The position numbers and the translations under genes are program-made. A DNA stretch of 64,000 bases, from NCBI RefSeq assembly GCF_009914755.1, contig NC_060948.1; one strand, 5' to 3'. Shown here in pieces: positions 14,201-28,045 of this stretch. This stretch comes from the human T2T-CHM13v2.0 reference genome, Homo sapiens. Under the pieces are notes generated by a model that was not told the origin of the DNA, made no database searches, and saw only the letters and a program-made list of their open reading frames with translations. How positions within the stretch are numbered: the stretch's first letter is position 1; each line of letters opens with the position of its first letter.

Positions 14201-16826
14201 AATTGAATGTCATGGAATGGAATGCCATGGCATGGAATGGAATGGAATGGAATGGAATGAAATGGATTGGAATGGGATGGGCCCAAAAGTAATAGACTCA
14301 AATAAAAGGGACTCAAAGAGAATGAAGTGGAAAGAAACGGTCTCGAATGTAATTTATTCGAATAGAATGATATTGAATGGAATGCAATAGTATGGAATGG
14401 TATCGAATAGAATGGAATAGAATGGAATGGAATGGAACGGAATGGAGTGCAATTGAACGGACTCAAATGCAATAAATTGCAATATAATTGATTCAAATGG
14501 AATGGAATCGAATAGAATGTAAACAAATGGAATGGAAGGCAATGCAATGGAAAGGAATCGAATGAAATGGAATAAATGGAATGGAATGGAATGGAAAGGA
14601 CGCGAATATATTGGACTGTTAAGGAAAGGTGTCAAATCGAATTTATTCCAATAGAATGGAATCGAATGGAATGCAATACTATTGAATCGAATCGAATGGA
14701 ATGGAATTGAATGGAATGGACAGGAATGGAATGAACTGGAAGTGAATGGACAGGAACGTAATATATTGCAATGTAATTTATTCAAATGGAATGGAATGCA
14801 ATCGAATGGAATGGACTCGATTGGAATGGACTGGAGTGGAATGGATTCAAATGGAATGGCAAGGAATGGAATGGAATGGAATGGAAAGCAAAGGAATCTA
14901 CTGGAATAGAATCGAACGGAACAGAAAGGAATGGAATGGAATGGAGTGGAATGGACTCGAATGGAATGTATTCGAATGTAATGGACCTAAAAAGGAATGG
15001 AATCCAATGGAATGGAATTGAATGGAATCAAAAGGAATAGAAAGGCATCGAGTGTAATTGAATGATATCGAAAGGAAGGGAATGGAATGAACTCGAATGG
15101 AATGCACTGGAATGGAATGGACTCGATCAGAACGGACTGGAGAGGAATGTACACAAATGGAATGGAAACGAATGGAATGGAATGAAATGGAATGGAATGA
15201 AATGGAATTGAAAGGAAGGGAATCAAATGGAATGGAATGGAATGGATTGGAATAGAATGGATTCAAATAAAATAGAATCGATGGGAATGGTATTGAATGA
15301 AAGGGACTTGAATGGAATGGAAAGCAATGGAAGATATTGGAATCGAATGGCATCGAATGAAATGGAATGGAACGGAATGGAACGGAACCGAATGGAATGG
15401 AATGGACTCAAATGTAATGGACACCAATGGAATCGACTGAAATATAATAGTGTCGAAAGGAATGGCCTCGAGCGGAATTTATTTGAATAGAATGGAATCA
15501 AATGGAATACAATACCATTGAATGGAATCGAATGGAATGGAATCGAATGGAATGGAATCAAATGGAATGGAACGGAATTCAATATAATGGAGTAGAATGG
15601 AATGCATTGGAAAGGAGCAGAGTGGAATCAAGTGGAATGGAATCGAGTGGAATGGAATCGAGTGGAATGGAATCAATGGGAACAAAATCGAATTGAATGG
15701 ACTTGAATGGAATTGACTCGAAAGGAATTGACTCGAAAGAAATGGACTGGAACAAAAAGGAATCAAATGGACAGGAATGGGATGGAATGGACACGAATGG
15801 AATGGAGTCAAATGCAAACGCATCGAATGGAATGGATTGAAATGGAATGCAATGGAATGGAACAGAAAGGAAGAGAATGGAATTGAGAGTAATGGAAAGA
15901 TATCGATTGGAATGAAATGGAATGGAAATGAATTGAATGGAAAGGAATGGAGTGGAAAGAAATGGATTGGAATGGAATGGTCTCCAATGGAATGGACTGG
16001 AGTGGAATGGAATCGAATGGAATGAAAAGAATGGAACGGAATGGAATGGAAAGGAATAGAATGTTATGGAATCCGATTGGACAGAATGGAATGGAATGGA
16101 GTTTCATGAAATGGAGTCGAATAGAGTGTCATCAAAAGGAATGGAATGGAATGGAGTGGACTCAAAAGGAATGGACTCGAAAGGAATGGAGTCCAACCAA
16201 ATTGAATCAAATGGATTGGAGTCGAACAGAATGGAATGGAATGAAATGTACTCGACTGGAGTAGAGAGGAATGTAAAGGAATAGAATGGAATGTAATCAA
16301 ATGGATTGCAAGTGAATGGAATCAAAAATAATAGAAAGGAATGGAGTGTAAAGGGATGATATTGAATATAATGGAATGGAATGGAATTTAATGGAATGGA
16401 GACGAAGGAATGGACAGGAATGTAATGGACTCCAATGGAATGGAATGGATCAAAATGGATTTGAACAGATTGGAATCGAACGGAATGGAATGCAACGGCA
16501 TGGAATGGACTCGAATGGAGAAGAGACAAATGGAATGGAAACGAATTCAATGGAATTGAAAAGAATAGGATGGAATGGCGTGTAATGGTAAGATACTAAA
16601 TGGAATGGAATTGAATGGAATGGAATGGACCCAAATGTAATGCACTCGAAAGGAATATACTCAAATAGAACGGAATCGAAAGGAAAGGTCTCAAATGGAA
16701 TTTATTCAATACAATGGAATCGAATGGAATGCAATAGAATGGAATGGAATCGAATGTAATGGAATCAAATAGAATGGACCAGTATGGAATGGACTGCCAT
16801 AGAACGGACTGCAGTGTAATGGATTG
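11225..16826 (+). repeat. Higher-order unit U3 (5602 bp)
   Basis: Landmark at 11225; the ORF pattern repeats with a consistent offset; CGATCG variant at 11354. Confidence 0.93.
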
Positions 16827-19800
16827 AATTCTAATTCATTCAAATGGAATGGAATTGAATGGAATGGAATCCAATGGAATGGATAGGATTGTACTGGAAT
16901 GGAATAGCATGGAATGCAACGGAGTGGAATGGAGTTGAATGAAGTGGAATGGAATCGATCGGAATGGAATCAAATGGAATGGACGGGAATGGAATGGACT
17001 GGAAGAGAACAGACTCGAATTTAATGGATTGCAATGTAATTGATTCAAAGGGAATGGAATCGAATGGAATGTAATAAAATTGAAGGGATTTGAGTTCAAT
17101 GCAATGGAATAAAATGGAATGCAAAGGATAGGAAAGGTACGGAGTGAAATCGAGTGTAATGGAATCGAATGGAATGAAATGGAATGGAATGGACTCAAAA
17201 GAAATGGACGAGGGACAAAACGGAATCGAACTGATTGGAATCGAACGGAACGGAATGGAATGGAATGGTCTCCATTGGATCGGAGTAGAACGGACTGGAA
17301 TGGAATGGAATGAAATGGAATGGAAAGGAATAGAATGGAATGGAATGGAATGGAATGGAATGGAAGGTAATGGAAAGATATCGAACGGATTGGAAAGGAA
17401 TGGAATGGACCCTAATGGAATGGAATGGAATTCAACAGAAACGAATGGAATGGACTGGAGTGAAATGGAGTCGAATGTAATTGACTGGAGTGGAATGGAC
17501 TCGAAAGGAATGGACTCGAATAGAATGGACTGGAATGGATTGTACTCGAATGGAGTGGAAAGGAATAAAATGGATTGCACCAGATTGGAATGGAACAGAA
17601 TGTAATGGAATGGAATGGAATGCAATGGAATGGCTCCAATGGAATGGAGTCGAATGCAATGGAACAGAAAGGAAAGGAATTGAATGGAATTGAAAGTAAT
17701 AGAACAAAATGGAGTGCAAAGGAAAGATATTGAATGGAATGAATCGAAAAGAAATCGAATGGAATGGACAAGAATGGAATGGAATAGAATGGAATAGACT
17801 GGCGTGCAATGAAAACGAATGGAACGGAAACGAATGGAATGCAATGGAAAGGAATGGAGTAGAATAAATACTATGGAATGGAATGGAGGCGAAAGGAAAA
17901 GAATGGATTGGAATGTCACCGAATGGAAAGATATGGAATGGAAAGGAATGGATACGAATGGAATGGAATAGAAAGGAACGGAAAGGTAAAGAATGGAATG
18001 GAATCGGATAGAATGGAATGCAATGTAATGGAGTCGAATGGAAAATAATCGTGTAGAATGATATCGAATGGAATGGAATGGAATGGAATGGACTCGAATG
18101 GAATGTACTCAAATGGATTAGAATAGAATGGAATGGAACTAAACGTAATGAACTCGAATGGAATGGACACAAATAGAATGGAAGAGAAGGGAATGGTATT
18201 GAATGGAATTTATTCGAAAAGAGTGGAATTCAATGGAATGCAGCAGTGTGGCATGGAATCAAATGGAATGGAATCGAATGGAATGGACCCGAGTGGAATG
18301 GACTCACATAGAACAGCCTCGAATGTAATGGATGACAATGTATTAGATTCGAAAGGACTGAAATCGAATGGAATGTAATCAAGTAGAACGGAATTGAATG
18401 CATGGAATGGCATAGAAAGTAACGCAATGGAATGGAATAGACTGGAATGGAATGGAATCGGATGGAATGTAATGAAATGTAATGGAAGGAATGCCATGGA
18501 ATGGAATGGAATGGAATGCAATGGGACGGTGTATAATGGAGTGCAATGGATTTCAGTGGAATGTAGTCAAAAGGAAAGAAATAGAATGGAATTCAATATA
18601 ATGGAATGGCATCCAATGGCAAGGAATGGAGCGGACTCCAATGGAAACGACATGAAAGGAATATAATAAAATGGAATGGCATTGAACGAAATGGAATGCA
18701 ATGGAGTTAAAAGGTAAAATATCGAATGGAAAAGAATTGAATGGACTCGAAAGGAATATAATGGAATGGAATGGACTCGAATGGAATGTACTAGAGTTGA
18801 ATGGAATCGAATGGAATGGAAAACAATGGAAAGGAAAGGAAGGGAATTGAAAGGAAAGGAATAGAATGGAATGGAATCGGATGGAACGGAATTGAATGGA
18901 ATGGAAACTAAAGGAATAGAATAGAAAGGAATCGCATTGAATGGAATGGAATAGAATGGAATCAGATGGAACAGAAAGGAATGGAATAGAATCGAATGGA
19001 ATGGCATCGAATGGATGGAATGGAATGTAATGGAATGGAATAGAAAGGAATGGAATGGACTCGAATGGAATGTACTCAAATGGAATAGAATAGAATGGAA
19101 TGGAAGTAAATATAATGGACTCGAATGGAATGCATTGGAATAAATTGGAATTGAGTGTATTGGATTCGAATGGAAAGGAATGGAATGGAATGGAATGGAA
19201 TGGAATGGAATGGAATGGATTCGAATGGAATGGAATCGAATGGAATGGAACGAATTGGAATGTAATTGAATGGAGTCAAAAACAGTAGAAAGAAATAAAG
19301 TTTCATCGAAAGATATCGAATGGAATTGAATGGAATGTACGCGAATGGAATGGACTGGAATGGAATGGAGTGACATGTAACGGAATCGAAAGGAATGGAA
19401 TCCAATGAAATGGAATTGAATGGAATAGAAATGAATAGAATGGAATGGAGATTAACGGAAAGATATTAAAATAATGGAATGGAATTGAGTGGACACGAAT
19501 GGAATGGACTGGAATGGAAAGGACTCAAATGAAAACGAGCGCAATAGAATGGACTCGAATGGAATGGATTGGAGTGGAATGGTCTCGAATGGATTGGAAA
19601 GGAATGGAATGGAAAGGAATAGAATGGAATGTAATCAAATGGAACGAAATGGAATGGAATGGATTCGACTGGAGCAGAATTGAATGGAGTGGATTTGAAT
19701 GGAATGGAATGCAATCGAATGGAATGGACACGAATCGAATAGAATGAAATGTAATGGCATAGAATGGAATGGAATGGAATGGAATGGAATGGAATGGAAT

Positions 19801-22433
19801 GGAACGGAATTGAATGTCATGGAATGGAATGGCATGGCATGGAATGGAATGGAATGGAATGGAATGAAATGGATTGGAATGGGATGGGCCCAAAAGTAAT
19901 AGACTCAAATAAAAGGGACTCAAAGAGAATGAAGTGGAAAGAAACGGTCTCGAATGTAATTTATTCGAATAGAATGATATTGAATGGAATGCAATAGTAT
20001 GGAATGGTATCGAATAGAATGGAATAGAATGGAATGGAATGGAACGGAATGGAGTGCAATTGAACGGACTCAAATGCAATAAATTGCAATATAATTGATT
20101 CAAATGGAATGGAATTGAATAGAATGTAAACAAATGGAATGGAAGGCAATGCAATGGAAAGGAATCGAATGAAATGGAATAAATGGAATGGAATGGAATG
20201 GAAAGGACGCGAATATATTGGACTGTTAAGGAAAGGTGTCAAATCGATTTTATTCCAATAGAATGGAATCGAATGGAATGCAATACTATTGAATCGAATC
20301 GAATGGAATGGAATTGAATGGAATGGACAGGAATGGAATGAACTGGAAGTGAATGGACAGGAACGTAATATATTGCAATGTAATTTATTCAAATGGAATG
20401 GAATGCAATCGAATGGAATGGACTCGATTGGAATGGACTGGAGTGGAATGGATTCAAATGGAATGGCAAGGAATGGAATGGAATGGAATGGAAAGCAAAG
20501 GAATCTACTGGAATAGAATCGAACGGAACAGAAAGGAATGGAATGGAATGGAGTGGAATGGACTCGAATGGAATGTATTCGAATGTAATGGACCTAAAAA
20601 GGAATGGAATCCAATGGAATGGAATTGAATGGAATCAAAAGGAATAGAAAGGCATCGAGTGTAATTGAATGATATCGAAAGGAAGGGAATGGAATGAACT
20701 CGAATGGAATGCACTGGAATGGAATGGACTCGATCAGAACGGACTGGAGAGGAATGTACACAAATGGAATGGAAACGAATGGAATGGAATGAAATGGAAT
20801 GGAATGAAATGGAATTGAAAGGAAGGGAATCAAATGGAATGGAATGGAATGGATTGGAATAGAATGGATTCAAATAAAATAGAATCGATGGGAATGGTAT
20901 TGAATGAAAGGGACTTGAATGGAATGGAAAGCAATGGAAGATATTGGAATCGAATGGCATCGAATGAAATGGAATGGAACGGAATGGAACGGAACCGAAT
21001 GGAATGGAATGGACTCAAATGTAATGGACACCAATGGAATCGACTGAAATATAATAGTGTCGAAAGGAATGGCCTCGAGCGGAATTTATTTGAATAGAAT
21101 GGAATCAAATGGAATACAATACCATTGAATGGAATCGAATGGAATGGAATCGAATGGAATGGAATCAAATGGAATGGAACGGAATTCAATATAATGGAGT
21201 AGAATGGAATGCATTGGAAAGGAGCAGAGTGGAATCAAGTGGAATGGAATCGAGTGGAATGGAATCGAGTGGAATGGAATCAATGGGAACAAAATCGAAT
21301 TGAATGGACTTGAATGGAATTGACTCGAAAGGAATTGACTCGAAAGAAATGGACTGGAACAAAAAGGAATCAAATGGACAGGAATGGGATGGAATGGACA
21401 CGAATGGAATGGAGTCAAATGCAAACGCATCGAATGGAATGGATTGAAATGGAATGCAATGGAATGGAACAGAAAGGAAGAGAATGGAATTGAGAGTAAT
21501 GGAAAGATATCGATTGGAATGAAATGGAATGGAAATGAATTGAATGGAAAGGAATGGAGTGGAAAGAAATGGATTGGAATGGAATGGTCTCCAATGGAAT
21601 GGACTGGAGTGGAATGGAATCGAATGGAATGAAAAGAATGGAACGGAATGGAATGGAAAGGAATAGAATGTTATGGAATCCGATTGGACAGAATGGAATG
21701 GAATGGAGTTTCATGAAATGGAGTCGAATAGAGTGTCATCAAAAGGAATGGAATGGAATGGAGTGGACTCAAAAGGAATGGACTCGAAAGGAATGGAGTC
21801 CAACCAAATTGAATCAAATGGATTGGAGTCGAACAGAATGGAATGGAATGAAATGTACTCGACTGGAGTAGAGAGGAATGTAAAGGAATAGAATGGAATG
21901 TAATCAAATGGATTGCAAGTGAATGGAATCAAAAATAATAGAAAGGAATGGAGTGTAAAGGGATGATATTGAATATAATGGAATGGAATGGAATTTAATG
22001 GAATGGAGACGAAGGAATGGACAGGAATGTAATGGACTCCAATGGAATGGAATGGATCAAAATGGATTTGAACAGATTGGAATCGAACGGAATGGAATGC
22101 AACGGCATGGAATGGACTCGAATGGAGAAGAGACAAATGGAATGGAAACGAATTCAATGGAATTGAAAAGAATAGGATGGAATGGCGTGTAATGGTAAGA
22201 TACTAAATGGAATGGAATTGAATGGAATGGAATGGACCCAAATGTAATGCACTCGAAAGGAATATACTCAAATAGAACGGAATCGAAAGGAAAGGTCTCA
22301 AATGGAATTTATTCAATACAATGGAATCGAATGGAATGCAATAGAATGGAATGGAATCGAATGTAATGGAATCAAATAGAATGGACCAGTATGGAATGGA
22401 CTGCCATAGAACGGACTGCAGTGTAATGGATTG
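16827..22433 (+). repeat. Higher-order unit U4 (5607 bp)
   Basis: Landmark at 16827; CGATCG variant at 16956. Confidence 0.93.
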
Positions 22434-25400
22434 AATTCTAATTCATTCAAATGGAATGGAATTGAATGGAATGGAATCCAATGGAATGGATAGGATTGTA
22501 CTGGAATGGAATAGCATGGAATGCAACGGAGTGGAATGGAGTTGAATGAAGTGGAATGGAATCGATCGGAATGGAATCAAATGGAATGGACGGGAATGGA
22601 ATGGACTGGAAGAGAACAGACTCGAATTTAATGGATTGCAATGTAATTGATTCAAAGGGAATGGAATCGAATGGAATGTAATAAAATTGAAGGGATTTGA
22701 GTTCAATGCAATGGAATAAAATGGAATGCAAAGGATAGGAAAGGTACGGAGTGAAATCGAGTGTAATGGAATCGAATGGAATGAAATGGAATGGAATGGA
22801 CTCAAAAGAAATGGACGAGGGACAAAACGGAATCGAACTGATTGGAATCGAACGGAACGGAATGGAATGGAATGGTCTCCATTGGATCGGAGTAGAACGG
22901 ACTGGAATGGAATGGAATGAAATGGAATGGAAAGGAATAGAATGGAATGGAATGGAATGGAATGGAATGGAAGGTAATGGAAAGATATCGAACGGATTGG
23001 AAAGGAATGGAATGGACCCTAATGGAATGGAATGGAATTCAACAGAAACGAATGGAATGGACTGGAGTGAAATGGAGTCGAATGTAATTGACTGGAGTGG
23101 AATGGACTCGAAAGGAATGGACTCGAATAGAATGGACTGGAATGGATTGTACTCGAATGGAGTGGAAAGGAATAAAATGGATTGCACCAGATTGGAATGG
23201 AACAGAATGTAATGGAATGGAATGGAATGCAATGGAATGGCTCCAATGGAATGGAGTCGAATGCAATGGAACAGAAAGGAAAGGAATTGAATGGAATTGA
23301 AAGTAATAGAACAAAATGGAGTGCAAAGGAAAGATATTGAATGGAATGAATCGAAAAGAAATCGAATGGAATGGACAAGAATGGAATGGAATAGAATGGA
23401 ATAGACTGGCGTGCAATGAAAACGAATGGAACGGAAACGAATGGAATGCAATGGAAAGGAATGGAGTAGAATAAATACTATGGAATGGAATGGAGGCGAA
23501 AGGAAAAGAATGGATTGGAATGTCACCGAATGGAAAGATATGGAATGGAAAGGAATGGATACGAATGGAATGGAATAGAAAGGAACGGAAAGGTAAAGAA
23601 TGGAATGGAATCGGATAGAATGGAATGCAATGTAATGGAGTCGAATGGAAAATAATCGTGTAGAATGATATCGAATGGAATGGAATGGAATGGAATGGAC
23701 TCGAATGGAATGTACTCAAATGGATTAGAATAGAATGGAATGGAACTAAACGTAATGAACTCGAATGGAATGGACACAAATAGAATGGAAGAGAAGGGAA
23801 TGGTATTGAATGGAATTTATTCGAAAAGAGTGGAATTCAATGGAATGCAGCAGTGTGGCATGGAATCAAATGGAATGGAATCGAATGGAATGGACCCGAG
23901 TGGAATGGACTCACATAGAACAGCCTCGAATGTAATGGATGACAATGTATTAGATTCGAAAGGACTGAAATCGAATGGAATGTAATCAAGTAGAACGGAA
24001 TTGAATGCATGGAATGGCATAGAAAGTAACGCAATGGAATGGAATAGACTGGAATGGAATGGAATCGGATGGAATGTAATGAAATGTAATGGAAGGAATG
24101 CCATGGAATGGAATGGAATGGAAGGCAATGGGACGGTGTATAATGGAGTGCAATGGATTTCAGTGGAATGTAGTCAAAAGGAAAGAAATAGAATGGAATT
24201 CAATATAATGGAATGGCATCCAATGGCAAGGAATGGAGCGGACTCCAATGGAAACGACATGAAAGGAATATAATAAAATGGAATGGCATTGAACGAAATG
24301 GAATGCAATGGAGTTAAAAGGTAAAATATCGAATGGAAAAGAATTGAATGGACTCGAAAGAAATATAATGGAATGGAATGGACTCGAATGGAATGTACTA
24401 GAGTTGAATGGAATCGAATGGAATGGAAAACAATGGAAAGGAAAGGAAGGGAATTGAAAGGAAAGGAATAGAATGGAATGGAATCGGATGGAACGGAATT
24501 GAATGGAATGGAAACTAAAGGAATAGAATAGAAAGGAATCGCATTGAATGGAATGGAATAGAATGGAATCAGATGGAACAGAAAGGAATGGAATAGAATC
24601 GAATGGAATGGCATCGAATGGATGGAATGGAATGTAATGGAATGGAATAGAAAGGAATGGAATGGACTCGAATGGAATGTACTCAAATGGAATAGAATAG
24701 AATGGAATGGAAGTAAATATAATGGACTCGAATGGAATGCATTGGAATAAATTGGAATTGAGTGTATTGGATTCGAATGGAAAGGAATGGAATGGAATGG
24801 AATGGAATGGAATGGAATGGATTCGAATGGAATGGAATCGAATGGAATGGAACGAATTGGAATGTAATTGAATGGAGTCAAAAACAGTAGAAAGAAATAA
24901 AGTTTCATCGAAAGATATCGAATGGAATTGAATGGAATGTATGCGAATGGAATGGACTGGAATGGAATGGAGTGACATGTAACGGAATCGAAAGGAATGG
25001 AATCCAATGAAATGGAATTGAATGGAATAGAAATGAATAGAATGGAATGGAGATTAACGGAAAGATATTAAAATAATGGAATGGAATTGAGTGGACACGA
25101 ATGGAATGGACTGGAATGGAAAGGACTCAAATGAAAACGAGCGCAATAGAATGGACTCGAATGGAATGGATTGGAGTGGAATGGTCTCGAATGGATTGGA
25201 AAGGAATGGAATGGAAAGGAATAGAATGGAATGTAATCAAATGGAACGAAATGGAATGGAATGGATTCGACTGGAGCAGAATTGAATGGAGTGGATTTGA
25301 ATGGAATGGAATGCAATCGAATGGAATGGACACGAATCGAATAGAATGAAATGTAATGGCATAGAATGGAATGGAATGGAATGGAATGGAATGGAATGGA

Positions 25401-28045
25401 ATGGAATGGAATGGAACGGAATTGAATGTCATGGAATGGAATGGCATGGCATGGAATGGAATGGAATGGAATGGAATGAAATGGATTGGAATGGGATGGG
25501 CCCAAAAGTAATAGACTCAAATAAAAGGGACTCAAAGAGAATGAAGTGGAAAGAAACGGTCTCGAATGTAATTTATTCGAATAGAATGATATTGAATGGA
25601 ATGCAATAGTATGGAATGGTATCGAATAGAATGGAATAGAATGGAATGGAATGGAACGGAATGGAGTGCAATTGAACGGACTCAAATGCAATAAATTGCA
25701 ATATAATTGATTCAAATGGAATGGAATCGAATAGAATGTAAACAAATGGAATGGAAGGCAATGCAATGGAAAGGAATCGAATGAAATGGAATAAATGGAA
25801 TGGAATGGAATGGAAAGGACGCGAATATATTGGACTGTTAAGGAAAGGTGTCAAATCGAATTTATTCCAATAGAATGGAATCGAATGGAATGCAATACTA
25901 TTGAATCGAATCGAATGGAATGGAATTGAATGGAATGGACAGGAATGGAATGAACTGGAAGTGAATGGACAGGAACGTAATATATTGCAATGTAATTTAT
26001 TCAAATGGAATGGAATGCAATCGAATGGAATGGACTCGATTGGAATGGACTGGAGTGGAATGGATTCAAATGGAATGGCAAGGAATGGAATGGAATGGAA
26101 TGGAAAGCAAAGGAATCTACTGGAATAGAATCGAACGGAACAGAAAGGAATGGAATGGAATGGAGTGGAATGGACTCGAATGGAATGTATTCGAATGTAA
26201 TGGACCTAAAAAGGAATGGAATCCAATGGAATGGAATTGAATGGAATCAAAAGGAATAGAAAGGCATCGAGTGTAATTGAATGATATCGAAAGGAAGGGA
26301 ATGGAATGAACTCGAATGGAATGCACTGGAATGGAATGGACTCGATCAGAACGGACTGGAGAGGAATGTACACAAATGGAATGGAAACGAATGGAATGGA
26401 ATGAAATGGAATGGAATGAAATGGAATTGAAAGGAAGGGAATCAAATGGAATGGAATGGAATGGATTGGAATAGAATGGATTCAAATAAAATAGAATCGA
26501 TGGGAATGGTATTGAATGAAAGGGACTTGAATGGAATGGAAAGCAATGGAAGATATTGGAATCGAATGGCATCGAATGAAATGGAATGGAACGGAATGGA
26601 ACGGAACCGAATGGAATGGAATGGACTCAAATGTAATGGACACCAATGGAATCGACTGAAATATAATAGTGTCGAAAGGAATGGCCTCGAGCGGAATTTA
26701 TTTGAATAGAATGGAATCAAATGGAATACAATACCATTGAATGGAATCGAATGGAATGGAATCGAATGGAATGGAATCAAATGGAATGGAACGGAATTCA
26801 ATATAATGGAGTAGAATGGAATGCATTGGAAAGGAGCAGAGTGGAATCAAGTGGAATGGAATCGAGTGGAATGGAATCGAGTGGAATGGAATCAATGGGA
26901 ACAAAATCGAATTGAATGGACTTGAATGGAATTGACTCGAAAGGAATTGACTCGAAAGAAATGGACTGGAACAAAAAGGAATCAAATGGACAGGAATGGG
27001 ATGGAATGGACACGAATGGAATGGAGTCAAATGCAAACGCATCGAATGGAATGGATTGAAATGGAATGCAATGGAATGGAACAGAAAGGAAGAGAATGGA
27101 ATTGAGAGTAATGGAAAGATATCGATTGGAATGAAATGGAATGGAAATGAATTGAATGGAAAGGAATGGAGTGGAAAGAAATGGATTGGAATGGAATGGT
27201 CTCCAATGGAATGGACTGGAGTGGAATGGAATCGAATGGAATGAAAAGAATGGAACGGAATGGAATGGAAAGGAATAGAATGTTATGGAATCCGATTGGA
27301 CAGAATGGAATGGAATGGAGTTTCATGAAATGGAGTCGAATAGAGTGTCATCAAAAGGAATGGAATGGAATGGAGTGGACTCAAAAGGAATGGACTCGAA
27401 AGGAATGGAGTCCAACCAAATTGAATCAAATGGATTGGAGTCGAACAGAATGGAATGGAATGAAATGTACTCGACTGGAGTAGAGAGGAATGTAAAGGAA
27501 TAGAATGGAATGTAATCAAATGGATTGCAAGTGAATGGAATCAAAAATAATAGAAAGGAATGGAGTGTAAAGGGATGATATTGAATATAATGGAATGGAA
27601 TGGAATTTAATGGAATGGAGACGAAGGAATGGACAGGAATGTAATGGACTCCAATGGAATGGAATGGATCAAAATGGATTTGAACAGATTGGAATCGAAC
27701 GGAATGGAATGCAACGGCATGGAATGGACTCGAATGGAGAAGAGACAAATGGAATGGAAACGAATTCAATGGAATTGAAAAGAATAGGATGGAATGGCGT
27801 GTAATGGTAAGATACTAAATGGAATGGAATTGAATGGAATGGAATGGACCCAAATGTAATGCACTCGAAAGGAATATACTCAAATAGAACGGAATCGAAA
27901 GGAAAGGTCTCAAATGGAATTTATTCAATACAATGGAATCGAATGGAATGCAACAGAATGGAATGGAATCGAATGTAATGGAATCAAATAGAATGGACCA
28001 GTATGGAATGGACTGCCATAGAACGGACTGCAGTGTAATGGATTG
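22434..28045 (+). repeat. Higher-order unit U5 (5612 bp)
   Basis: Landmark at 22434; CGATCG variant at 22563. Confidence 0.93.
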
